Positions 15,001 to 28,023 of a stretch of 64,000 nt of DNA are shown in pieces. The DNA is taken from positions 20,646,001 through 20,710,000 of the forward strand of contig OZ365118.1 in assembly GCA_977030845.1 (NCBI GenBank). Direction: 5' to 3'. This stretch comes from Fimbriosthenelais zetlandica. Its lineage: Eukaryota. Position numbers and translations under genes: made by a program. The notes beneath the pieces were generated by a model, which was not told the DNA's origin, did no database searches, and saw only the letters and a program-made list of their open reading frames with translations. Position 1 is the first letter of the stretch; each line of letters opens with the position of its first letter.

Positions 15001-17542
15001 CACTAACACTTTTGTTGTTTTTAATACATGAAATATAAAATATTTTCCATTTAAAAAAGACTCCAATCAACCCCCAGTTGTTTTCAAAGCATGCTGAAGC
15101 AGGCCATACATACCCCGAAGCTAAACCATTGAAAAGCTTGCAGGTGATTTGTTTTATGCATGGGGAATGTAGCAGACAATCATAAAGAAAGTAGTAGGGA
15201 GACTGCCTTGCCCATTAGAGACGAGCCTTCTCAGGGCCGAGCCATCTGTAGCAGCCATTTAATGATCCCACCAACGGGTGCACTTCTCTTAATGTTTAAA
15301 TAAGGAACAACTAATATAATGGATCGACTTTTCTTCCTCCCTCTCCTCCTCCATTCTTGTATCCTGCAGCTCTTACCAAATATGCTCCATCTCAATCGGC
15401 GATCTTAGCATTCATTGCTTTCTACATTCTTTCCATTTTCCATGACCTTTCTTTTGGGTGTGAAATTACAAAACAATTCTTAGATTATGATTGTCCAATC
15501 ACACCTTGGAACCCTTCCTTCCTCCTTTCCTTCATGTGTTAAATAAGATTCGCTTTTCTTTCATTCTCCCCCAGCTTCCATTCTTGGTGATCTTTGTTTC
15601 TCTTCCCCTGTTCCCTTGTCTCCCCTTATTCCCGTTCAATCCGCCCAGTCAGTCTATATCCCAGGCTGATGTCTCGCGTGTGGTCCTCACTATTTGACGT
15701 GGAAATTAGAAGTAATATCTTGTGAGGTTGGACGAAACTGACACTGACAACAAACAGATGGCATCTGAAATTGTACATGTGCCTGACAGATATGAAATAA
15801 AACTTGATAGATGGGGCGGGCGTGTGTGTGCACGTCGGAGAGACGCCTATTTGTAAACGGAGCCCTCCCTTCTCCCCTGGCCGGCCTATCTTTACTCTCC
15901 CTGCTGCTGGAGAGAGAGAGAGAGCAAACCAGCAATGGAAATACATTTCATTTATATGATCATTGGGATTTATTGGCTTCAGGTGTTAAGGGTTGGGATG
16001 GAGGAAGCTTTGGTATAGATATAGACCGGGATGGGTTATTAGGGTGAGGGTGCTTTACTGCCTGTCTGCATGGTAGGAGCTAATCTTGTGGGCTTGGATT
16101 AATACTTGTAAGCCTGTCTTCTTTTGACAGCCTTAGCACTGGGTATTGTCCGAGCAGCTATCGAAGGGAAGGCATCAAGATATGCATCCCAGGACCACTC
16201 CCCCCCGCACCACACCACCACCATACCACCAGAGCCTGGCCTACACCACATCCACTTGCCTGGCTCAGAATCAAATACATTATTAATTCGAATAGGCCGT
16301 TATTGTCTCAATGCTCCGAAATAATGTTATGATTTATGACTGGGATCGGGGATAATTCCCTCTGCTGGCAGACCTCGGGGCGGCGCGCTCAAGCCAAAAG
16401 CAGGGGCTGGAAAATGGAAACGAAAATGGTTCTGCCAGACAGACCCAAAGGCAATTGACGCCCCAGACTCGGGCCATTCTGAAAATGGGATTGAGTAAGC
16501 GCCAGCTAAAAGGAGCATTGGCGGGCATTTGTAGGATTAGCTGGTGGTCTATGAGTGCAATTTCAGTCCAAGCAATGAATGATAGATCACTGTTTGAGTC
16601 CCCAAACTTTTCCTCCCTCAATCCCTCCTCCTTCTGCAACCTATAACTGCCGCCCCCACCCCCCACCCCCGCGCCTATTTTTTTCTAATACCACCAAGGG
16701 CCTCACCCCAATAAATAAGCTAGGAATCTTTCATCGCTTATTTCCCTTTACCTCGGTCGATGCTATGCTGGCTGCTTTATACTGCTCCAAACTGTCTGCT
16801 CATTTCTAAGTAATTCCAAGGGGAAGTATCTATCTTTTATTCAGGCAATGGGCGACTTGCAAGACTAGATCGTTATTGGTTTTTGTTATACACCAATACA
16901 CAAGCGATATACAGTGTAGCAACCATAGCATTCATGTGAATAAGTCATGGCTGGGAAAAATTGCTTGATTTTTTTTAACAATTACTGCTCAGTAGGCAAG
17001 TAAGTTGTAAAGAATTCATGGATTTACCTTATTGTTGTAGGGACGATATATGCGTCTTAAATGCCATGTTCTGTTGATAGTCGATCCGTATCATCATCTA
17101 AAATAAATGAAAAATGAAACATTAGTCGCACTAGATGAATTATCGACATGCTATGTTGACCTTAAATAAGGCCATGTCGGCCTAACCGATACAAGAGTGC
17201 GCTTTAATATTGATCTGAGTGATGACAAATACATATAGCGTCATGTTAATTGTTCTGCCGTCAGGGATTTGATATGCTTCATCTGCAGACAGTCACTGGT
17301 CCATGGCACGCTGAAATATTCATATCAGATATGTTTGTTCTACATTGTAACCTTGATCCGTACTTTCTACATGCTTTCATGGAAACATAAATAATGAGCT
17401 TTAATTGGTAGTGTTGATTAAATATGCCAGTTTGAGTACATGTATTCTGTTCTTTTCTACTTAAGTTAATTAATCTACTTAATAGGATATTAAGGAATTG
17501 GTGTTTGTATACATTTTAATGTGTTTTATTTTATTTTTACAG
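1..17542 (+). other. Long intron of dachshund (at least 17.5 kb) splitting the DD2 domain; no protein-coding gene recognised inside
   Basis: The first dac exon seen has a strong acceptor (ttttatttttacag at 17529-17542) and starts mid-DD2. I could not find the preceding DD2 exon (SSIETLLxNIQGLL-type) in 1-17542. ORF-track hits here are short and low-complexity. Confidence 0.75.
7748..8200. promoter_or_regulatory. CpG-rich promoter-like element inside the dachshund intron
   Basis: GGCGCGGGAA twice (7749, 7797), E-box CACGTGAC 7883, CCAAT 7936, ETS CACTTCCGGT 7945 followed by YY1-like CAAGATGTCG 7956, and further E2F-like TTGGCGGG and TTTTCCGCCC near 8124-8198. Confidence 0.45.
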
Positions 17543-20500
17543 CCGAATTGAAGGTGGAGTTGATGAGAGAAAGAGAGTTGAGAGAAACAATGGAGAAGCA
17601 GTTGATGGAGGAGCAACGCACCAGAGGTAAGTTAATATGATTTAGAGAATATTTTTTTTATCTATTTTCACTCATTCATTCATTTATTCATTCAAGTGTA
17701 AAACTGAGGTATTAGAAGATATCATACAACTTGAGGGTGCCTACCCAACCCAAGATCCATCCAGAAAGACATAAATATAATTAGATTAGCATGAAGGTAA
17801 TGGTGAGGCCTGTGGTCCCTGTATTAGAGTATAGGCAGCCCCAGTAGCTATGAATCAGGGGTAGTTCCTATTGAAACCAACCCACCATTAATCACAAGGT
17901 GGCACAGGTTTCCACTCGCCACACTCGCTAGTACGGTTGGCCAATAGATGGCCTGTGAATGGGTGCTTTTGTTAGGAGGTGCTTCTCCAGAATTACTCCG
18001 AGTTACTCAGAATTGCTCAGAGACTGTCACAGTGTACATTCATCAATGTAGGGGTCGGCCATGTGCGTGTTGGACAAGTACCATACTAAAAACTACTCAA
18101 GCGAAGCTCCAGAAAGTGCTCATAAAATGCTCCCGTCAAAGTGTTTAAGCTCAGGGATGCATGCTTTATGGGGTATTTCTCAGCTCAATTCTTATGGATT
18201 GGGGTGATATTTTTTATAATTAGGTCAAGGGAATATGAAACTGTTTTTTTTGTCTTGGCCTGGTTGGGAGGTGGGGAGTGGAGGCATGTCGCAGGGCGAG
18301 CAGCTCACAGCCATTGTGTCCACAGCCCCAACTAAGCTTAATTTGCTGGCATCCTGATTTATAGGTCTCCAGCTGTTTCCCCAGCCTACAACTGGCTGAA
18401 TCTCTACTCCGCACATAATTACAGACAGTAGCCAGGAATATGATGCCCGGCAATTGCAGGAAGGCAGTCCCATAAGTCATGATAGTGAGCAAATGATGGC
18501 AGAGCTGGGGCTACTCCTTAAAATAATCCCTTCCTCTCTCTGCCCACTACTTCACTCCACCTTTTTCTTATCGTGACATCTTGAATCATGTCTCGACTAC
18601 TCACGAGTCTACGACTCTGTCTTTACACCCATGTTCCATTCACTCTGATTCCGGGACGCAGACTTTGATAAAAGCCCCCGGGGCTTTCTCACAGATTTAT
18701 TCCCTACAAAGATGCCAATCTTTCACCGATTGATTGATAACAAAATATGAGGGTTTCCAACTTCATTAAGTCCAGCCTTGTGCTGATTAAAGCTTTAGTC
18801 AAAATTAATTAACACACTGCCTCTTGAAACATGCATAATGCATCAAGGATTCTGAAATAATTTTGATGAATGCAGTGATCGCCGTTTGGAATATCCATAT
18901 CGTCGGGTGCTCCTCATTCCATTGCCTTGAATCAATGAGTGAAGGAACAATTAGATATTGATTTTCTCAATCGAGATGGCAATCAAGATGACAGGCATTT
19001 TTACACCAGTATAATACATTTGAGCTCCAGAGGTTATCTCCTTCAAATTTCCATTTGAAAGTGGAAGATATCAAGCAGAGACATCCAACTGAACAAATGA
19101 CATTCTTTTGTTCTGTTTTCCTTCAAAAATTGATAAGAAATTGAACAGAAGTCAAATCCAATATACTTTTTAAGCATACTCATAATCCCAAATACTGGAG
19201 TTCTAAATAAGTAAATCAGTTTAAAGTAAATATTGTAAATATTTTGCTTGTTTTTAAGAGCAATACAAGATTGAACGGTCGCATTGAGGTGGGACCTTGG
19301 CTTGCACTTTACCAATTTTTTCATATTTGTACTTTGACTTTTAGCTGCCCTCCAGAAAAGGCTGAAGAAGGAGAAGAAGGCGAGGAGGAGGCTTCAGGAA
19401 CACATGGACCAGCTGGAACCCCAGAGGAAGCTGTCTACACCTCCAGGTGACGAGTCCATGGTTCACAAACAGTCCACTCCACAACAGGAGAGTCTCCGTT
19501 TGCTCACAGGTGAGAATCAATTCATTATTATATGAATCTACCTTACAATCACTCAGAGAAGTGACCATTTCATTTTACAGGAATGAGTTTCCCTCTTATC
19601 ACAGGCAATGAGAGACATGGCTGACCTCAGTTAGCAGTACTGGGTGCAGAACAATTTTCCAGAAATCATTCATGAGTATCAGAGAACTACAAATGAAAAT
19701 GCAATGAGAATGACCCTATAAAACCACTACATAACAGGGAACTTTCCCTATACTACTCACAGTTGGAGCAGGAATGACTCACTATAAACTTGTACTCAGT
19801 TTAGCAACTGAAGAAGTGATGATTGAAGAGACTAAGCAAAGATGAGCGGGCAGTTCACACCTGTATCATATCCACCCCCATGAGTCAGCGACTTAATTGT
19901 GGTGAAAGCCTAGCGGGGTTATAGACTGACCACTGACCACTACACAGGATCTTCATCCTCCTCCCCCCAAGGTTCAGCTGACCTTTGATGACCAGGTGGA
20001 CTGACCTTTTGTCTCAGGTAACCACTAGTACACCGCCCCCCCCCCCTCCTCCCCAACTCCCCGAGTTTAATTAAAATGGTGGCCAGAGATTTCCTGATAT
20101 TTCAGAACCTTCAGGTGCTTTTTATGCAAGATGAATTCCTTGAAAAAGTCCTAAAGCCAGGCCAGGTAACCAGAAAAGCACCTCCTCCCAAAACTCCAAT
20201 TTGATTAAATTCTAAATTAAAATTTCATTTTACATGGAAGGAACATTAGCCTACTTCCCTGACTCAACCCAGTTTCATTCACCAAATTCTAAATTATTCT
20301 TTTTTTAAAGAACGGATTTCTTTGAATAAGTCATAAAGCAAATGCCTATTACAGTTTGCCACATAAAAGCCATCTCCACGATTGAATGTTATCCCTGCAT
20401 TTGTCCAGCGATTCTACTGGTTTGTTTTATTTTGTCATCCATTCTAAAGGTAATCAAACTGTCAGAAAATGACACGGGAGAGAATCTAACTAAACAGTGG

Positions 20501-23500
20501 ACCAGCAGGCTTAGTGGAAAGGTTCTATTTGCTTAAGGAGCTGGTGCAGCGAATGGCAACCAGAATGGAATAGGGGAGACGGGAGCATGACATGCCATGC
20601 TAATTGAACTGTTCCTCTGTGTGTGTGTCTACTCATTCAATTCAATCATTGGCTGGGAACACTGTCCTAAGGTAGGCGGGCTGGGCTGTCCAGGTAGATA
20701 TTCATCAATCAGACTACCTGGCCAGAATGGTAACAAAGCAGGAATACAAGCAAGCCCGCCGGAACATCCAACAAATGCCTCCATATCCAATGACACCAGA
20801 TCAATTTGCTATATTTGTTGTTATTATTTGACCAATGAATCATTCAATATGCCTGGCTCCAACTGTCTGTGGGGCAGCCGTTTCCAATCGCTTGGCCGCC
20901 TGATGGAGTATGTGTGTGGGGTGTCAGGGGGGGGGGGGTATACCCGGGTAGCGAATGATCACTCCGTCTGAGTTAGGATTTCTCTGTGCTATACTGCTGG
21001 TGTTGGTAGACTTTTGGTGATATTATTATGCAGGATGTGGAATTTTCTGACCAATTCTGATAAAGACTGAAATGTATGCTAATTTTTAATCATTTTAAAA
21101 AGAAAATGTTATTTCCACAATTTCTGACAATTTCACTCATTTCGGATAATTTCCTGATCATTTCTTGGTCAGTAGGAATCCTGTATGGTGGCTTTATGGT
21201 GTGTGAAGGAGGAGATGGTAGGTGTGTATAAGAGGGTGATTGGTTACCTGGGAGGATAACAGGAGGAGGTGGTGGTGGTGTGCTCAGCGAGTTTCTCATT
21301 AGATTTATGTGAGTTGCTCGTGTAGATGGATAAAGAGCCGTGTGTGTTTGTGCCTGTCACAGCGGACCATGAATCATGACCAAACGTGCTGTCTGCAATT
21401 GGACCGCCTCCACATTTATCAGCTCCCACACCAGGGCTTCTGGATCAGGGGAGGTGAGAGGGGCAGGGGTCCCTTGAAAATCCCCTGAAAATTATTACAA
21501 ATATTCATATTCAAAGGCTTAAAAATCAAGCAAGGGTTTGAGGGGACCAAACCTACTTGGGCCAAAATTTGAAAAGCAACCTTCGTCTCGGAAGGGGAGA
21601 ATCTTGTCGGGGTAGGGGGGTATCGGGATAGAAACATTGGTCACATAGCCTTATTATTGATGGTCCTATGCTCGCCACTATTTGAGCAGGACACAAGCCT
21701 TTCCAATGAGGCCCTGGTTGAGGAGATGGATGTGCTGAGAGCTGCTCATGACGAGGCCCCTGTTAAAGATGGATGGAGTCTGTGGTGGTTCAGGCTGCTC
21801 TAGTTTCACAGTCTCACCTGCTCTCATCAGCTTTCACGTATTATTTATCCTGAGAAAGGTCTAATCTGGAGATGTATTAGGGTCCTCTCTCTCCCCACCT
21901 TAACCCTACTCCAGGGCAGATGAGTATCCGCCCTCATTCACAAAGGAAATCTTACCATAACAATTAAAACCGTCAAAAATATCTGTAAAGAAATAACTTG
22001 GAGGAAGAAAGTTACTGACCTTTAGGATTCAGGAGTTGAGACTCAAGATGGTCGCCAAGTCGAGGATGGTTGATGGACGTCCCAGTTGTGGAGTCATGCT
22101 TGCAACAGCTGTGACAAAAAGAATCAAATTTATTTAATGAATTCATTAAATGAAATCATTGAGAAAATGCAAAATAATAATATAAGAAATGAAATTGAAC
22201 TTAGGTAAAATGTACTCACCCATAAGATTGAAAAGTCCTGATCTACGATAATCGACAAGATTCTAGATGGTTGATGGACGTTACAGTTTTGGAGTTAAGC
22301 ACACGTTGCATGTAACAGCTGCAAGAAAACAAAATCAAAATTAATTGAATTCATTGCATTGGGGGCATTCAAGTCATTAATATGATTCAATACAGGTGTT
22401 CAAATGTCCAGGACTAGCTTTTATATTAGACTGATCAATACAATGGTCCTTCACCTGTGAGATCATAATGAAAAGAAATTTATAATTGGTAATGCAATAC
22501 CACAGTATCATGACATGGATATTGGAAAATGCCCCTATTTTTATGATTTTCATGCTCAATGGTGCTATTCTTTTTGAGAGCACTGAATGGATTTTTTTTC
22601 ATCATATTAACCACATGTGCTGCGTGCCGCATTATTGCCAGCCCGTCTCTCCCTCGTTTGCACAGGCAGAGAACCCATCGCCTTGCAATATGAATTATTA
22701 CTCAATATCAGAGGGCTTATTCTTTTCGGGAGAAGAACCCATTCCTGGAATTGATAATGAAATATTACAGGGCGACAAAAGCTGGCAGGTTTGAGTTCAT
22801 TAAAACCAAACGACACGCTCTGCACTGTGGATATCATCAAAATTTATGATCTCTCACAATGGGAATGACACATCATTATCCCGCGTATTGCAGCCCGCAC
22901 CCGACCCAACTTTTATTACCTTTCTCCAATGCAGCGAACCATAGCGATCCCGATGGCTGCACCATTCTGCACGCCGTCACGCAATGTGCCCTCCAAAAAA
23001 CACTCGTGTACCGATCGGACTCTGCCAAAGGAATCAATAACAAATTAGTAATTAATCAGAAAGCCGTTGAACATGTAATACGACACGATATTTGAAACCT
23101 CGCATCTCAATTCTGATTGCTTAAAGTGAAAGTATTTCCTTTCTCTTTGATATTTCCAAATGCTGCCAATGCAGCGATGCAGTCATCCCTGTTCTTTTGT
23201 AATATAATAAAGATTGCATGCATCTTGTGGATCAGATTGAGATGGCCTTTTATTGGGAGGAGGCAGTGGCAGGGAGGCATCCAATTGTGATATAAAATAA
23301 GAATATTGACTTCATCGCCGCAAGCAAATCCAATACATTCTCCGGCAATCATCTCGTCGTTTTTGTCGTCTCTATTACACTTGGCATGTCGTGTTGATAC
23401 AGTTGTCGTGCTGGTCGTATAAAAACCGCCAGCCAGTCACATGAGCTTTATTGTTTTAGCCAAATGAGGATTCTTACTGCCACGACTTGACATTCGCCGC

Positions 23501-25511
23501 TGTTAATTGTTTTCTTGGCTCTGCCATCGAGTCGGAATACAAAGAGGGAAATTGACTCGTTCATCATTGGTGCTGGAAGTGAGAAAAAGCCAGCCAGTCG
23601 ATTTCATGCGACTCGAGCAGTAAGAGACAAGTGGATTAATATGAAAAAGACATCGTTTATTCCATTCCTCACATCTCTAAGCCCCTGAGGCAAAACGAGC
23701 CGCAAAAACCAGATGTTTATACATTTACAAAAACCGGGACAAGTGGGGAAGATATGCTTTCTGGTTTTTGTGATAGAAATGCCACATCTGTGGCGCTGGC
23801 GGGATTCTTTTTTCCTCGGCAGCCTGCCTCGCAGCATTGCTACCACCATCTATTATAACAATGGGTCTAATGACTAAAAGAGTCATAAATTCTCATTCCT
23901 CGCCCTAATCCTCTCATGTCAGCTAAAATACTCGAGTATTGAATCAGAATCCATCATTTTTAAATCCCTGTTATCTTTAATTGTGGAGGGATGAATGTGG
24001 CATGCTTCTGGGCCTCCTTTGTTTTCTGCGCTAGCCCTGAAGCAAACGTAAGACTATCCCACACCCAGAGGCTTAATCTTACCCCTCCTGCATCAAATTA
24101 CAAGAGATGCCTTATTAAATCAAAACAAAATATGATAACCACGCAACACTGTAGGTACTAGGAAAATCACCCCAACAGCAACACGAAAAGAAACTAATTC
24201 CTCTTGTTTATCATTGTCTCGTTTGGAAATTTAATTCAATCTCCCTTCGCCCAGCCAGGGCTTCTTTTTCCCGGACCATAAGCCAGGGGGACTAAGAAAG
24301 AAAACATTATATTCATATCCATATCGAAAGATGACAGCCGCAGGGCTAGAGGTAATATTCATTTAAATGAGCAATAATGAAGGCCGACGACTTTTTACAT
24401 ATGCATCAGAAATGCGGGGGAATAATTATTGGAGGCAGTGGTCGGAGGACGGTGCAATTCTTAGATCAACTTCAAAGCTTGGCCCGATACCTAGAGCATC
24501 TCATCAATTAGAGGGTTGTCAGAAAACGATTACCGCATCTGACTTAGTCTCAAGCTCTTGGATGGAGCTAAATGAGAATTGATTATTGCCTGCAATAATT
24601 CGTCTTTGTTGGAATCTGATTTGCATGTTAAATGTGTGTAACGCCATCTTGTGAGTGATGTGGAGAGATGGTGTCACTCGGTCTGAGGGTTTGGTTTAAA
24701 GCGAGCTGCTCGCCATGAATACTAGTCCATGTATAGAGGGAGGAGTGACACTCAAGGGTTATGTTAAATGTAAGAGACGCACGCACATACACTGCTCCCC
24801 GCCATCTCCAGCCCTTATAACCTATATTAATGAGTATAGAATACAGATCATGTCTCTTGGCATGTCACCATGGATCACTCTGCCTATTAAAATAGTTCAA
24901 TTCCTCCGTCTCCCAGATTTTTACTCTTGAAACAAGTCAAATAAGCCCCATCAACATATATATACATGCCTCCAAGCACAATTTAATCATGATTTATACT
25001 TATCCACATTTAATGTTGTGTTTTTCAGAGTCGCTTTCCATGCAGGAGCGTGAGAGAGAGCGTGAAAGAGAACGTGAGCGCGAGCGTGAAAGAGAACGAG
25101 AGAGAGAGCGTGAGCGTGAGCGAGCCACCCAGCACAGCCCAGAAGATGACCCGCGAGGCATACCATCAGCATACGGTAAGCTTTATACACAGCTAGATTG
25201 TAAAACCTCAATTTAAATGGTAAAAATCCAGAAATGTGGGTAATGATTATATGAAAATCACACCAAAAAGAGAGATAGTAAAATCACCTCAAAATGTTTC
25301 ATTCCCTATAAGATATAATGGGTAATTCTGAGGGTAGTTTAATACCGTTAACCGTGTTTTTAATAAACTGTTCATTTTTTTATTTTTAGATGCCCGTAGT
25401 GGTCTACAGAACCTGATGGAGAGTTTCCTATCATCTCAGAAACCCTCGTGTAATGGGGCTGCGAATGGCTACGTGCACTCTCCCGTCATCAAGCAAACGG
25501 AGAGTGTCTAA
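17543..25511 (+). CDS. dac: Dachshund (DACH) homolog, 3' coding exons only: C-terminal half of the DD2/DACHbox-C coiled coil plus tail. 5' exons lie upstream of the window
   Basis: Exons 17543-17626, 19345-19509, 25029-25175 and 25390-25511 are all AG/GT-bounded with phase-1 junctions. They splice in frame to (A)ELKVELMRERELRETMEKQLMEEQRTR-AALQKRLKKEKKARRRLQEHMDQLE...ESLRLLT-ESLSMQ(ER)13ATQHSPEDDPRGIPSAY-DARSGLQNLMESFLSSQKPSCNGAANGYVHSPVIKQTESV*. ELKxxxxRERELRETxEKQL and QKRLKKEKKAxRxLQE match DACH1/dac DD2 as I recall it. Confidence 0.95.
22066..22360. repeat. Diverged tandem duplication (about 200-bp period) of an intron-end plus exon unit
   Basis: gatggttgatggacgt(cc/ta)cagtt(g/t)tggagt...aacagctg...aatcaaa...aattcatt occurs at about 22066-22147 and 22267-22355. 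Confidence 0.85.
25046..25123 (+). repeat. Coding (Glu-Arg)13 dipeptide repeat in a dachshund exon
   Basis: 13 ER pairs encoded by mixed codons (GAG/GAA; CGT/AGA/CGC/CGA) inside exon 25029-25175. Confidence 0.9.
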
Positions 25512-25554
25512 CCTTCCACTTCCTCCTCCCAGAGAAAGTGTCATCACAACGAGG

Positions 25555-25822
25555 TTACGTCATACTGACGTCACAGACGCTGACGTCGGTCACCATGACG
25601 TCACTAACACAAAAATGAAGCATTCAATGTCATGAATGATACCAAAGCTGACTCTATGTGCTATAATATAACAGACAGCTGATTGGTGGAGCCCCCTTGT
25701 TGCATAAATGGCGCATTATGGGGGGCAACCTAGCTGTTTATGCAACGAGATGCGGGCTTTACCCTATAGCAGCAAGTCATCGATACCTCTCTGTGTGTCA
25801 CGTGTCGTCATATATGACGTCA
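25555..25822. promoter_or_regulatory. Cluster of CRE (TGACGTCA) palindromes at the start of the dachshund 3' UTR
   Basis: Perfect TGACGTCA at 25566, 25596 and 25815; near-perfect TTACGTCA at 25555 and TGACGTCG at 25581. Confidence 0.4.
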
Positions 25823-28017
25823 CATGACCACTCTCAGTGTCACCTCATTATTGGACAGATTATAAGAAGGTACAGAGGAACGCCCTGTAGCCATTCCTTC
25901 AAAGAAAGACAAAACATGAGAATAACCAGTTCATGTTATGTTCAAATCATTACTACAGCATCGCGAATTATATATTATATGTTATATATGTATACCGACT
26001 TTCATTTGAGGTCCTCGGTTGACCTAGCCTAGCAGTGACAGGTGGAAACAATGGAAATAAGTACTTTTTGTTGTGGTATGCGTGTCATTTATCAATTATG
26101 TCATGGACGGTTCTTGAGGTACAAATTCTAGTGTTGGACATATCATATTGTGCTTGTGCTATATAATATATTATATTATACAGATAGTCGATCATATCAT
26201 GTTTTGTAAATGTAGGAAACTCTGTCTCCGTATCGGCAAGCATTTTATTATCTGTGTATAGAAAGTTAAAGATTAGGGCAACAGGGCAAAGCAATGGTAA
26301 TATGATTTTCTCTCCTTTGCAATTCCTATTAAATATTTCCTTTTCAAAACAGGAAAACAAGGGATTTGTAAAATTTATATGGATTTTCCCAAGGAAATAA
26401 ATTCATTTAATACTACTTAAGTCAGGCTGAAGGAAACTGAGAAACTAGCTGTCACTTTGCAATGGTTGTTTAAGGAACTCATGGTGGTTCCTGAGTTTGC
26501 CACAGGGTGTCAGTAGGGTGCTGGACTTAGTTCTAGAAACGCCCACTAGATGTCCTGTGGGTGGAGGATGGGTTGGCAGAGTGTGAAAGTCAAAGATTCA
26601 CTTCAGCTTGTTGATTTGATAAAATGTAATTACAAACCAAGAAATATACCAATCCAGATGATTAATATAAATGAGGGGAAATATATTTCTGTGCTGTTCC
26701 ATGGCATATATTGTCATTGTAAGATTTATACCCGCCCTTGTCATGTGAATAGCAATGTATTAGGCGTCTGTATATACATTAAATGCATGGGTTCCATGAG
26801 GAAATATTAATGTGTAAATTATCTACACATTCTGCATATTCCTTCTCAAAGAGATTATATAATATTTGCTTGGGAGGAATAGGAACAATGGTATATATGT
26901 GTGGACATCGTATAGAGTGGAGTCAGATGAACATAGATTCAGTGATAATTGGAGTTTTCTCTTCTTAATTTAGAGAACCTCCCCCTATTAAAAAAACCAC
27001 CGATGTTTGTACTGTTGTCACACAGCAACTTCTTGGCATATTGCCAATTTACTAGTTATATATATAGGAGGTGTAAAGTTATGATTCAAAGCAAAGACCA
27101 TATAGGCTCTTTGTTCAAAGAGATGGTAACTTGTTATAAAAAGACTTTTTCTCCGGAAAAAAATCGGAGATATCTATCGACCATAAAAGGCGATACATAT
27201 TATAATATGGCTTATGACACAGTGTATTATAAAACAGAGGAATGGTTTATAAAAAAAAGTACTTTGATTAGATGTACTGAAACAAGTTGTACTATGTGGA
27301 AACAAGCATTAGAATGTGAAGAGCTGTACAGACGTTTGATAAGTACACGTGGTCACACAGGTTAAGGCCATCATGTATAAAGACAATGTTTTGTATTTAT
27401 TGTCTACCGTTCTTTTCAGTTGGAATCTGGCAGCAATTATGATACTGTATACTTAGGTGAAACTATGTAGTGCGTTATATTATGATCGCTTTGGTTAGTT
27501 GTTAACTTTTACATCCAGGATGGAGGCGCACGAGCAGCGGGGACAATGATCCCTGGCTGCTTAAACCAATGCATGGACAAGTGTGAGAGATGGATATATA
27601 CATGCATTATAATTATATAATGCATTACATCTGGACATATCATCCTTGGAGTAATACATACTATCAATATGTTGAACCATATTGACATTTTTAAACACAT
27701 TTCTGTTAGAGATACACAGAGATGTGTAAATATACAAGGATGGTCATTTGCATTATATAACACTTATTTCTATCTATTAATTTAATAGAAATAGTGTGTA
27801 TATATGTGTACAATATCTATATATACATCTCTAATATACATCTAGGCAGCCATGGTTTTGGAGGTTTGGGTATCAGTCGGTATATGTGACTACAGTACTG
27901 GCCAGATGCCTACACACACTGGTTACATCAGAAAACGACTGTTAAGATTTATCTTTATTGTTGTGCAATTGTCAATGATTCTTAGCCATACATTAATGTA
28001 TTCATGTCAAATGTAAA

Positions 28018-28023
28018 AATAAA
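28018..28023 (+). terminator. Candidate dachshund polyadenylation signal (implies a 3' UTR of about 2.5 kb)
   Basis: AATAAA after a long AU-rich stretch, followed by a U/GU-rich tract (cttctcttttatcttcgtg). Other AATAAA hexamers exist, so the assignment is tentative. Confidence 0.4.

Noticed and set aside
266-17000. Dozens of 60-146-aa ORFs in the dac intron, and a search for the missing N-terminal DD2 exon
   Set aside because: No recognisable domains or consistent exon chains were found, and many ORFs are driven by poly-G/C runs. No SSIETLL/NIQGLL-like exon was found, so it probably lies upstream of the window.
21680-21805. Coding-looking plus-strand stretch (FEQDTSLSNEALVEEMDVLRAAHDEAPVKDGWSLWWFRLL*) as an extra dac exon
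   Set aside because: It lacks a convincing acceptor/donor pair in the required phase and has no similarity to Dach.
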